A program made the translations under genes and the position numbers. A stretch of DNA of 64,000 nt from Lingula anatina (Eukaryota; Animalia; Brachiopoda), in contig CM120640.1 of assembly GCA_051362555.1 (NCBI GenBank), positions 53,670,788 through 53,734,787 on the forward strand, in the 5' to 3' direction. The notes below the pieces were generated by a model, which made no database searches, was not told the DNA's origin, and was given only the letters and a program-made list of their open reading frames with translations. Every line of letters starts with the position of its first letter. Position 1 is the first letter of the stretch. Of the stretch, positions 1 to 12,700 are shown in pieces.

Positions 1-2654
1 CATAATGGCTTGGAAAATGAAGTTAGCGGACTCAAAAATTATTACTTCGGGACATTTGGGGTTTATAACAATCCCAATATTCTACATTCGCAAAAATGGA
101 ATAGCATGTTCATTTTTAAACGTATTTTCCGTCCAAACCTTATGGACTATTGGTGACGCGAGGGAGAAAATGTCTAAGTTCCTCCTCGCTAGTGAAAAGA
201 CAGAAGAGTGGAAAAGTACCTTACAGTTTCTGTCGGAGACTGACTCCCACATATGTAATTTCAGCTCTCCCAGAATAGCTGTCAATTTCACTCGCAAGTG
301 GAATGTGGGTCTCTAGTTCTATCGGGAGAAGCTGCCAGAAACTCGTGTGGTAGGTTCTCTTATCACGCAGGGTCACTGAAGGGAGTTCTTTTTTATGTGT
401 GGTAGAAGATAACATAAAGGTAGATTTTGTGACGAATTCGAAGGCAAAGTGTCTGCAAAAATAGCACATGCGACAGCTGCAGGCCTTCTGCGAGAGAATG
501 TTTTTTCCCTTTTTTCCTTTTTATCTCCCCTGTTGTTTTTGGCCTACATAAGGGTAAAGATTCTTGATCAGATCTTGTCTTGTATAGGAACAGCATGTCA
601 TAGTCTTCAATCTGACATTTAAGTTTACTCTAGAGACTTAAGTAGGAATATATTTTTGTTGCAAGGTAACATTTATAGCGTAATTTTAGACCAGAATTAT
701 TTCCCCTTTTAATAAAGAGTAGCAGATAGTGCGCCTAGCTGTTTTATAACAAGAAAGACGTTGCTACTGTTTTAGACCAATAATAACTTCCTTTTACTTT
801 AGATGTATTGCATCATAAAATTTAAATAAGATTTGAAAAAATTCCAAAGTCATACCTGGGTGTTTGACTCAAAGAAAGAGGATTTGACAACACCAGTACA
901 ATCAGTATTCATTGAGTATTTGCTCTAAACAAATTCGTTTCCTCTGCATTTGAGTGTACTGCAAGCAATTAAAGGTATACTCTATGCGTTTAAAATTTTC
1001 CCAATGTAACATTTTCTAAATCCATATATCCTTAAAACTAATTATCTTTCCCAATTCAGACCTTAGAAACTATGAAACTCCTAAAATGAAAGTACGTGAC
1101 GACGATAGTTCCTTCTGAAATGTACAGGAAGGCACGGTGTTCTTAGAGCCTGGACAATCATTTGAACTAAGTCCGTAAATTAATAATGGAATAAAACATC
1201 AAAATCAACTGCAGGGACAGGGACAGTAGGAAAACAATTTTTTTGCCCTAGGAAAAATTCATTTTGGGGTAACATCCCGTATTTAGTACTTTTAACCGTC
1301 GCATTACAGTTGATTAAACTCGTTTTATTCTTATCAGTTGATAAGATTGAGTAGACGTCTTATTTGTTATACGTCTGTGTCACCAACTGGCCGGCGAGCA
1401 TGCCTAAATGCGGAAAGACCGTTTGTGTGCTCATTGTACTAATACAGTTTCTCCGAAAGCACGTTTACATATAATGCCAAGGAATAAAAAAACGATTAAC
1501 ATACTTATCCTGATACAAACCAAGCACACTCTCGCTGCAGCAGACAATGGCTAATAAAATTGCTTCGGTCTCGCGCAGGTGCCGCTGCAATGGACTGTGC
1601 TCTAAATAACCTACATTTTAGCTAAATATCCACATGTCTGGTTCGTGTTATCTTAAAGTAAAACGTACATAAAAACCCCTATCAGTCTTTTATTGATTGT
1701 GGTTAGGACGTAAAGAACCGAAGAACATATGGATTGACCGACATGTCTCTTTCCCGCAAGATGACCCTTCAGTTGCATACCATAACGCCGTGGTCGGTAA
1801 CAATGATAATCAAAACATTTTGGAATCTACATTACCAAGACAATGACATTCTTCAATGTATGATCTGCATTTTAATTCTAAATGATTTAAACATATAAAT
1901 GGCATTATTACTAGTATTAGTTTGAGAGGATCATCTGTCACCAAAATCAAGTTGCAGCTGTAAAAACGTCAGTAATTTCAGTAGATAATACACCAGAGCT
2001 GCGTGATAATTTGAAGTACAATATTTTATACCTTACTGAAACTTGTGACAATTACAAAAATAGATTGAGAACCACAATAAGCAATGTAGTCCTTGTTATG
2101 TTGTATTGTTGGTGAGGTCCAAACGTTATTACAAATTATTTCTAAACAATATTACGTTGTCTTTGATATATGCGTCCCTTCTCTTAATACCCATATGCTT
2201 CCACATAAAGAAACTGGTCAATTTATATAAAAACAGACGGAATAAATCAATTAGAACGAGGCATCTGAAATGGAACTAAGCTTTCCACAAGCGCAGAATA
2301 ATTAATTATGATGAGGCCTACAGTGACTGTTCCACCTCAATATGCCCACCTGCAGGTGCAGACATAGCTTTTAGATTAGCAAATGCTCTTTGTTTGTCTC
2401 AAAGAGATGCTCAAGAATATTCTAACGGGCTACGAGTCAAAGTCAATTCCATTTCAAACTGACGATCTTGTACTTTATGTTACTATACTTGGCTCTTGTA
2501 CAAATGTCTCTAGCTTGCCGTCTCAGCTGCAGAGGCGTTTCAAAGGATGGTTGTGCTTGTAATTACGCTCTATTTCAGTACGACCAACGTTGGCTGCCTG
2601 AATGCTGCCCTTAATAAGTCTAACATCGTTGATCGTATTGGTCCGGTCGCTTGA

Positions 2655-2762
<108 letters not shown>

Positions 2763-3742
2763 GAAAACTTGAACTTTGATAGATTTTTATCTTTTTGTGT
2801 GACCTGCTTTGCAAATTGAGATCTGAATACCATTTATCTTTTTTTTAAACCCAAACACAGCAGTAAGTATGGTAAAATGAAAGAGCGCTTTTCTCACTCA
2901 TTTCCTCTTAGACTACCATCCCAATTACAATTTTCTAGTTAAAAAAATTAAATTAAAAAAGCAACACGACTTTTGTGAATAACTGTCATAAAATTCAATA
3001 ATCAGTTTACTGACATTAGTAGTTTTTTCATTTATGTAACCCTCTTGAAACGAGCAAACACAATGGCTTTCGTTATGCATGTCTGAATAATGCCAAAAAA
3101 TGAAATAACTAATTCTGTTCTCCCTGCCTCGGCCATTTAACTTATGATGCAGTGCAAATCCCCGGAATTCAGCATAGGGCTATAGTGTGAAACAAGTAGT
3201 TCAATGCATCGCTTTGTACGGGCAACAATGCAAAAACATATTCAACATATTCTTTCAGTGTCAGTCGAAAAAATCAACAACCCTTTTTCATCGATCTAGC
3301 GCACCTAGTGCCTTGATCTTTGCAAAGTAGTGTTATCAAATAACCTGTGGGGAATTCAATGCATTTTGTTCCCCGGCGATAATTAAGCGAAGTGCTCTAA
3401 TTAACAGGAACAGGATGCGTGCCTGGTTATATTGTACACGGATTGCGCGTCTAGACAGGTGCGAGTAAAAACATGGAAACTGCAAAAGAGAATGTCAAAC
3501 TACAATTCTAATGCCCTCCACAAATCGTTTAGTTATATTCAGAGCTTTTAGTCGCCGCAGATATTTGAAAGATTTAACGTTTGCATCGTAAATTACATTT
3601 AGATCTGTACTCGATGCACAATGAACAGCAGACAGCAATTCCCCTACATCATATATAATACAAATGCACTGGGAACACTACTAGGTCTCCATGCGTCACA
3701 CTATTAAACACTGCACGCATAATTTACTCCATATAGACTGGG

Positions 3743-3954
3743 TTCCCACAGATTTAGATAGATCCATCTGGATCGACCTAACTCCCTGGGGGTTCACGCT
3801 AATTTGCTGTCAGCTTCCGGGAGCCTAGCGTGCACAAAAGTTAATTGCCCCCTTACAGCTTTTAGTAGGCGGGACAGACATTTAAGCCGGTTAAGCTGAC
3901 AGCAATCTAGTGAGACTCCCCAGGGGGATAGATCGATCTAAATATCTGTGGGAA
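3743..3954. mobile_element. MITE-like palindromic element, family 1, copy 1
   Basis: The ends are inverted (TTCCCACAGAT...ATCTGTGGGAA) and there are further internal inverted arms. It is homologous to 24529-24761. Confidence 0.8.
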
Positions 3955-4349
3955 TGGTCTCATAGTGTACATTGTATAGTAAAAGAGTGGTGCACGGAAC
4001 TTAGAAGATGCAATGGTCATTCATATGCTCCACTGACAGGTCATTTAGTATCTCCTTCTCTATCGTATCATCATACCGTTTGCATTGTGATACAACTCGA
4101 GGGCAGGAGGGAATAAGTTACTTTCATGAATTTTACGGCTTCCTCACTTGTAAGAAACCAACCATCAACCTGAAATGAGGGTAGTATTTACAACCCTAGG
4201 AACAATCTTTAGATGACAATCAGGTCATGCGTAGTTTTCTTTATGAAATATACCTACGGCTTTTCTCATGTTTTACCAATGTTTTAGTGATAGCAAGATG
4301 TGAATAATAGATCATTTATACCGCTTACTAACATAGGGGTAGGGGATCA

Positions 4350-5265
4350 GGGCATGTGTTTGCGATGCCGTATATTTCCTATCAGCGGGTCGAGCCACCA
4401 GCAAGCTGTCAAACTTCAAGGAAAAATTATTTCTACCCCAAATCTGCTTATTTTCCCTTTTCCTTTGATGTATCAAGATCTTTTTTCATGGCTTGATGTC
4501 ATATGTTTTCTAAAGAGGTGTTCTACCATTTGAAACACAGGTTTAAGTCATGGGCAGTACGTTTCCGGATCTGAGTGTTGTAATGTTGTCGGCTCACCAA
4601 AAAGGCTCTCGAAATGCACACAGCAATGACTTAGGATGGATGCTTTGTTGGTGAAGATGATAAAAATACCATTACCACGCAGAGTTCGTGTACGGAATGG
4701 AGTTTGCACTTGGTAGAATGGGTCATAATGTCCTTTCATTTCTTGAATGCCAGATTATTACCCATATGTACACACTACCGCGTGTCTTCAGGGCTCTCCA
4801 CCACTCGTCCTTCATTTCTCCGAGCTAACTTGGGGTCTATTGCAGGCATTCCTATGAAGGTTTTTGATAACATACTATTCTTGCATGGCAAGAAGTCTCT
4901 CTCGACAAAAGTGTTTGTTCTAAATACGTTCCTCAAAAAACTCGCCATACTCACCAATCCAAACATTGTTCTATTTGGTGGAAAACTGTATTTTTTCTTC
5001 AAATGTGTATTGCAACACATTTTTAAACCACTAGCAGTATGTTTCCGGATCTGATTCTTGAGGGGCGTTGTCTGGACTACACAGCTAGTCTTTTAATTTT
5101 ATCCGGAATCCAGCGGAATGCCTCCTCTTGCATTGCAAGTTTGTTGGTCTTTAACTTCTTTACCATAGGACCCTTCCTTGTGGGTGCTGGCTTGGTTGTT
5201 AGTTTCAGCTGATATGACAATGTGTGCTGTCATGATACTTACGTGCCTCAAGGTCCCAGGTGTTG
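4350..5265 (-). mobile_element. Decayed RTE-like LINE, endonuclease end and linker region, inverted
   Basis: Minus-strand translation across stops and frameshifts gives LKLTTKPAPTRKGPMVKKLKTNKL, DPETYC*WFKNVLQ, IFTNKASILSHCCVHFESLF and GVEIIFPEV*QLAGG...ANTC. These resemble, in the expected order, remembered RTE ORF motifs (TDK..IL.RW.EHF..L; G.DGIP.E.WK.GG). Confidence 0.7.
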
Positions 5266-5297
5266 ATGATTTAGCGGCTGTAGTTAATTAAGGTTAA

Positions 5298-5960
5298 CGA
5301 AAGGAACTGCCCCTAAACGATGCTACAATTATCTTGCTCTTCAAGAGCAAAAGGGCTAAGGCAAATTCCTGTAATTACATGTATACTTGAGGGATCACGC
5401 TATTAATCGCAGGGAAGATACTGTCCTAATTATTCTTACACATGCATGTACCAGTCTTTGCATAGGAATTAATAATAATATCTAAAAACCCAATTTGATT
5501 TTAAAGCAAACAATGATACAATGATTGTATGATTGGCCTATTGAGGTAGATCCAATACTAGTGCACAGGACAGAAAACGGGATTGTATGCTGCATTTATC
5601 GACCTAAGCCTGTCTTAGCTGCAGCAAGACATAGTGGCTTAAATGGGTGATCACTGAGAAGCTTGGGTACCCTCTCAAGTTTCTTTCCATCATTTGATAG
5701 CTCAATGGCAATCGGAAAACGAGAGGTGGGAGATGAACCAATGGGCTCCAGCAAGGACGAAAGGAACATGGACAGACAGAGACTGGAGAGAGCACAGAGA
5801 TGTCTGTACAGCAAATGATTAAGCTTTTGTCTACCGTTAATATGAGAGCTTGTAAACTGTCAAATGCACAGACAAAAAGCGGGAAACAGTGATGCAAAAA
5901 TAAGTTATTTAGTCAACTTTGATGCAATATTACACAATGCAGAACAGCTAATTACGCACA
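5298..5960 (+). mobile_element. Decayed RTE-like LINE, reverse transcriptase fragment
   Basis: Plus-strand translation gives RKELPLNDATIILLFKSK...CNY...GITLLIAGKILS, CTGQKTGLYAAFIDLS, EKLGYPLKFLSII and TNGLQQG. These are non-LTR RT motifs, interrupted by many stops and frameshifts. Confidence 0.85.
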
Positions 5961-8060
5961 GCAAGTAACACGGACGGCAAAAATGTGTAATTAGAATATG
6001 GCTCCCCCTGAGAGTTCAAATCCACAATTGAAAATCTCAATATGTGAAAAATTATTATTTCACAAAAAAAAAAAAAAAAAAAAACTACGTATTTTTGATG
6101 AAAATAAGTAAAAGTTTCCATTTTATACTGTTACCATGACACAGCACGACATGTCTTTTTTGTCAATATTACTCACTCCTGTAATCTTGAATAACCCTAT
6201 CAATTTTCTATTTACCTTGTTATCTCTGATAGTGCATGGTGACACCATGACATAAAAAATAAGGACGCTATAGCCACCAAACGGCATTCTGACGCCGGCG
6301 AGATTCAACACCTCTTCCTTTAATTTTCAGAATTTCACAAATGTGGTTTTGGTAACTTTGCAAAGATTTACAAATGATAGATATATTTAAAACTAATAAT
6401 ATGCAAATTCAATTTTGACACCAGCAGAAACTTACCACAGGATACCAAGATCAGGCAAACCCGAGTCCCCCGTGCCTTCCTAGACATCAGTGGAATAGGG
6501 AGGGTTTGGAACTAATCTTCTTACCTACATTTTACGTTTTTTGCAATCAATTATTTTCTTGGCGAGGCCCAATACAAGGCCTTTAAATGACACGTACCCG
6601 TAACTCTTTTCAGAATAAACCCCTAATCTTCTGGTAATGAAATAACAGCACAAAAAGATAACATATCAGAGTTCATGGTTGGGATATACCCGATATGTGG
6701 AAAAGTTCACCTTCTGTCAAGCTGAGCATGCCGTGCCTTGCAAGCATATATCAACCGTCAAGCTCAAAGTCGAAAGTGTGATAGAAATACAAAATTCCAT
6801 TACAGCGAATTTTAACTGAAAGTGGCAAAATTTTCAAGAATGAGTTATGACTGCAGCAATCTCCCTATGTTCAACAATGCTTATTGATGTCTGTCGTATC
6901 TAAAACATCAGCTTTGGAGACAAGAGTTTATAGGAATACATAAAATGGAAAACAATTCTGTCAAAAATTGAATACGCTTAGGAGAGGCGACCTAAAGCTC
7001 GGCACTGATGATTAGATGAAATGTTATTCTGTAAATAAAAAAGAATAATAATTGGCATAATATCTTTCAAGGAATTGGTATTTGAGACCAGTCTTTTCCG
7101 GTTAACTTTTTATTATATCAAATAAAAAAATATAAATCGTCTCTTAAAACACTGCTCAAATATAAATCTGGCTACATTAATCTATTTATTTGGTACCAAA
7201 AACTACTTAAACATTTTTATGAATTGTATGTGAAAATAAATTTGCATGTATGGGCTACCAATGATATTTTTTAAAATTTGGTGCTAAAGCAACATTTAAA
7301 TCAAACTGCTAACATAAATGAAAAAGCGCTATTTAGTTTCTTATGTGGTCGTTAAGTTACACGGGAAACATTACTTCAGAGCACACCTCGTTCTAAATCT
7401 CTGAGCAACGCTTAATCAATAAGATTCCATTGCACTAGACATTGTTTTCAAATCTTATCACATTTAACCTAAGACTCACGTAGCGTAAGTCTATACTTTA
7501 AAAGTCCTGGGATCACATAATACGTACACGATCAACAGAAGGGTAGCTATTCATTGGGATAAATGCGAAGAAAGGTAAGTAAGACAAGATAATATAAATA
7601 TATGTGTGGACAAAGAATCTACAAAAAAAAAAAAAAAAAACACTCTGTCTGTGCGAAGAAATTGGTACCAAGTGCTGAAACCTGTGAAAGTGACACGTCT
7701 GTGACCTCCAAAAGTTGCACGATGGACGTGCTCCTCACGCACGAAATCCCACGTTTCCCCAAATTTTTTGGCCGTATACCAGACGTAGAAGCCAGTATGT
7801 TGGGTTGGGACCCAGGCTTCGACCCATGCACAGATTCGACCCATTTAAATGTACATCGGGAGAAAGTGACACGAAAAGAATGGGCTTTTACAAAGAGTTG
7901 TACTTCCAAGACCAGAGTATTTTGAGTTAATTGTTTACCCTGGCATTTTGTTTGTTTGTTTGTTTTTTTTCACGCAGAACGCTTTAAATAATATGTTAAC
8001 CGTGTAGCTGAATATCTGAACTTTCTTAATCCCAAATGTGCCCTTGAAATATAAACATCT

Positions 8061-8885
8061 GAAGCCTGGGTCCTAACTCCACGCACGATTTTCGGGACGT
8101 AAGTTTTTTTAGGTTCCTCTCGTCTGGCTGGGCCGTAGCTAGAACACAGGGAAGGAATCAAGTAATTGGTGATTGCAGTGAGTGTGCAAGAAGAAAGTGC
8201 GTGGAAAGTACGTGAGAAGCACAACCTCCGCACGTCAGAAGTACCTCTGTGCCTGACGGGCTTTCGCACGTGTCCCGCGCGCCCCGTGCATGCAAAGTAC
8301 AAGCATCGTGCACTGCGTACGTTATGCGTACAAGGAGTACGGGCAACGCAAGTGGACGTAGGGCAGTCTTGCTGACTTCCTACGATTGTTGCTCGTCCTT
8401 TGCACGCGAGTCTTTCGTGTATGTTGAGATGCTTTTTGGGAGGGTATAAAAACAGTGCATGTTTGAGGAGATCATTATATCGGCAGCATTGTTCAAAGAT
8501 GGTGAGCCCAATCATACCTGGCTTGCCCCCGATCTCCCTCTACCCCTCTTGCTCTTTGTTGTCTTTTTAGACATTTTTAAAACTTGACATCAAAGGCAGA
8601 AATAATGCTTTATCGTTCATGTCCCTCCTTTTAAACTCACTGTCCGTGCGCATGGAGTGACTACTACTCGCTCAACATGCATGAAGCCCGTGAGGTCCAC
8701 ACGGTGGGCGCACGAAAGTGCGGAGCGAGCACGTAGTGAGCAAGAAATAAGTACGTGTATCGAGCGCCTTAACCACGTGCATCGCACGCACCGTAGTCAC
8801 CCAAGCGCAGTAAAAAATAATAATTTCCTCACGTGTTCCGTACGACAGGCGCACAGCAAGCGAACGCTACACATTTAGCTGCCAT
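8061..8885. mobile_element. GC-rich non-autonomous DNA-transposon-like element rich in CACG/CGTG motifs
   Basis: An abrupt CpG-rich island with many CACG/CGTG/TACG words. Its left end, GAAGCCTGGGTCCTAAC, matches the reverse complement of 7804-7820 at 16/17. The right boundary is uncertain and the ORFs look non-coding. Confidence 0.5.
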
Positions 8886-9714
8886 GGAAGATCCTGTGCT
8901 GCCCACATTGGGATCGTCTCCCACGAGAAAAGTTGCCGTCGTCATACTCTTAATGAGTGACAGCCGACGATGATGGTAAAAGAATATCATATCTGCACAT
9001 AGTACTTAACTATTTAGAATATTATACACAGAATGCCCTACGTGCAATTTGCAGATTGTAAGAGGACACGGAAATATTATTTTTCTATCAGTAATTAAAT
9101 ACCATGTTTTCAACTGATTTCTGAAATCGTTAGGTTTTGCTAATTTTTTGAAAAAACTCTAGCACTACTTTTTAATATAAATCTGGCTCTCATCTGAAAA
9201 TAATCATATACGAGTAGTACTTTTTACACTCACTATTTCTTGTTCTATCTTTAAGGCTGCACCGAAGTTTTCAGTTCACGATTTTAAAGTGAAGATAGAA
9301 CGATTACATGTAATTGACAGATTGACAGCGGATATTTCGAAAAGTAGAAAGTAAATGAATTTGGCGGTTTTTTGTGCCTTAACTTTTTCCTCTTTAATCA
9401 GTCCTGCAATTTCAGTGACATCTTCTGATGGACAGATTTGGCGAATGAATTAATTTTATTGACAGAAACATTAAAATGAAATTTCTCTAGGAGTGGGGAC
9501 AAAAGAAACACTCTGACCTACTGCCAGCAATATCTAACAAGTGTCAACTGTTTTCAAGAGCATTTTCTAACGGGTAAACCAGATCAATACGAGCATCCCA
9601 ATTTATTTAGTAAACGTCATCTGTTGCTGTTACGAAAGTAACTGATGCTAATTTACATAAACATACTCAGAAGGGTCGACCGTTTTCCAGGAAATATTAT
9701 CATTACGCAATCCC

Positions 9715-9716
<2 letters not shown>

Positions 9717-9775
<59 letters not shown>
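9717..9775. repeat. (AT)n microsatellite
   Basis: Perfect dinucleotide run. Confidence 0.99.
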
Positions 9776-9778
<3 letters not shown>

Positions 9779-12700
9779 TATTATCCATGTCAGAAAATAA
9801 TACAAGTATTGAGTTTGCGGAGTCACTACATTGTTTTTTTCATAGAGGCTTAAATATATTTTGATATCATAACATTTTGTGCAGTGAATCTAAGACGTGA
9901 GTCTCAGCAGGGTGATGCGGATTATCCCATACCTATGCCAAATGCAGTGTTGCCAGCGCGTCTGATTTGGTGAGTGTTTGTTGCGAATATTGTTACAATT
10001 CAATGATGTAGAAAGAAAAACACCATCCTTTTAGCATCCGTTGTCTCACGTAACCCCCTTAATAAATCTTTTAACACACTAAGAGCGCTTCCAGTAGGAG
10101 TAAGATTGCAAAAGATTGACGTCAAAACTGTCATTTCTTTAAGTTGTTTACAAAATGTGACATCCTGGAAATTAAACAGAACAAATTGTTTGCCGACTGC
10201 ATACTTTTTCTCAAAAGAAAGAAAGAAAGGGAAAAAGGGAGAAAAAAGCGCGCCAATAATGTCTTAGTCAAACTTAAGAGCACACTTCTGTAAATAGGGC
10301 AACCAACGATTTCGCTGCTTTGTTAATAAGTGTGAGAAAATGATCGGTTTCCGACTTTTATCCGTATCCAAGGGTTCTTTCCAATGAATATAGCAGTCTA
10401 CATGGATCGATCCAACTCCGTGGCGCCTCTCGCTGAATGCAATCACGGAGATCTAGCGATAAATAACTGTTTTCACCCCCAATGCGCTGCTTTTACGTCA
10501 TCAGCTCGAGTTAGCCAATTAACTCCGATGCGTTTTTTATGCGACAGCGTTATCATTTTACTGATAATGTGACAACTTTTATGTGGTACAATTATTGATA
10601 GTGCTAAAAACATTTGGAGAAAGAGAGAAAATTAAATAAGCATAAACAAATAATCAATATATAAAACCATTTGGTTTTTCTAAGTATGTTAATGTACAAG
10701 ACTATCGTAAAAGGTTTATAAGAAATTCAGTAGAAAGATATTAAAGAAGACTTATATACAAAAGAAAAAGATATTAGAAAACACTAGACTGCGCTGTCAA
10801 TAAACATAATACTGACATGAAGAAAAAACTAAATATAATGAAACTTCGTTTGACAATTTTGCAGATGAGAAAATAGAGATGTGCTGTTATCCAAAAGTCA
10901 GTAACCGTCAGTGACCGTCAGCGACCGTATGCCATTCCGAACGCTGTGTATCTCGTGTTCCGGGACATGTTCAAAACTGACACTATTTGGCATTTGACCC
11001 CCCTCCTCCCCGCCATCCATCAGCTCTCTTAATAGTACTAATGAAGCTACGTGAATAGAAACATAGAGGTTGTTTTCATGACCTGTAAAACTACAAGAAA
11101 AAAAAAGTTCCAAAATACCTAAATGAACTGAATGGTTTACCTACTGGTACTGTTGCTTTTGTGTCCACAGTGGCTTAAAACAAGTGGGTATCTATGTGTT
11201 GTCAGATAAACACATAGATCAAGGCAACACATCGTCGGGTCTCTCTATTTCTTGGCTTTGAAATGATATTCACTGAGTTAATGAATACTAAGGACACAGC
11301 TAAGGCTGACCCTTGTCAGTTGGCTATCATTATCCCAGTTAGCAAGAACTTCCGCAAAGTAGAGCAGCTGCCTCTAGGGTATATAACGATAAAAACTACA
11401 CTAATCACTGTTTGTCACGCTCATGATTTTCGAAATAGTAAAGCGTAACATAAAAGGTTCAAGCGTTGATTAGAATGGGCTCTTTCTCTTGGGAATAGCA
11501 CGGGATAATTATCAATATATTCCATCGTTCCGTCAGATTGTTTTTAACGATCCAGTGCTGCCGTTAATCCATTTTCAACTGTCAGGTATACCAGGGGCAA
11601 GTAAAACCACGTTTTTGAATGAAATTGCTTGAATCCACATGAGTTTGAGTGCATGCAAAAAGGAAATATTTTTCATTTGATCATATCATTGAAAATGGAT
11701 GAAATTATTTTCTTTAAAAATGCTGGACATTATATCATGCCAGATTACATCCAGACAAATTTAGCAGTTCTTTTGAAGTAAATACAATTCTCATTGTGTT
11801 TAAAAGTTAAAGATGCTACTTACTTTCTTTCAGTTTTGTAGGGAATTTAAACACTGTACTCGTAATTTTTCAAACTTTGAAGAAATTGTCATATCCATCA
11901 ACTCATTTCTGAGTTCAATAACAGGTTACATGTAAAGGTTACGGGGGGTCGGGTGTATTAAAACAATGACTTGATCCAGAGCTATTGACAATTTTTAATA
12001 ACAATGACAATTCCTGTGTACCTGGACTAAGCTGCTCAAGAGTAAACCTATGTGCACCTGGTACATGAAACAATAATTTAAAGATCTTTTCAAATGTAAT
12101 TCGTAAAAGAGCAAATCTTAAAATAGCTGTACGATGAATTAAACAAACATTTATCTTGTGCTGTTGTATGTTTGTCATCTTTCGCATGAGAAAGCATCCT
12201 TTCCTGAAGTGAGCCAGAGAGCCTTGTCTTCAAAGAAAACTACTTAATCCTTATGCCAGTCTTGCATAGCGTGATTTGTTTAATATGACGAACGTAAAAA
12301 GAGTTACTTCAGCTATGAGCTATTCTGACAAAAGACATTTTGCTAGATCTTGTTTCAATAGCAGGTCTAGGCTGAGAATTATTTTTGAACGCGATTTACT
12401 TAACACTCTGATGGTTTAGTTTGGTAACGTCACTCTCATCACAGTACAAGCCGTGCCCGTCATATCAGTGAGGCGTTCACGCATGTACATCGTGAAACGG
12501 CATGCAATATATTACACACATATTGGCACACACACCGAGGCAACATTCACGGAAAATGCTTTAAGAACGTCTACGTGATAATAAAATGAATAGTCGTAAA
12601 TGAATAAACCGCACATATACATTTGACACTGTCACTCGTTTACTTCGTAAGCGGAAAGGTATAAGGATATCACATGCACTTTGTTTTTTTTTTTTCTTTT

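Noticed and set aside
5-596. Overlapping short ORFs at the window start
   Set aside because: No recognisable motif or consistent splice structure; upstream context is missing.
6005-6030. B-box-like GTTCAAATCC (also GTTCGACC near 54126 and GGTTCAAAT near 44368)
   Set aside because: No A box or cloverleaf, so neither a tRNA nor a SINE can be supported.
7970-8515. 181-aa minus-strand ORF
   Set aside because: It lies in a GC-rich repeat-like island where stops are scarce, has an Arg/Cys/Thr-rich composition and no recognisable motif.
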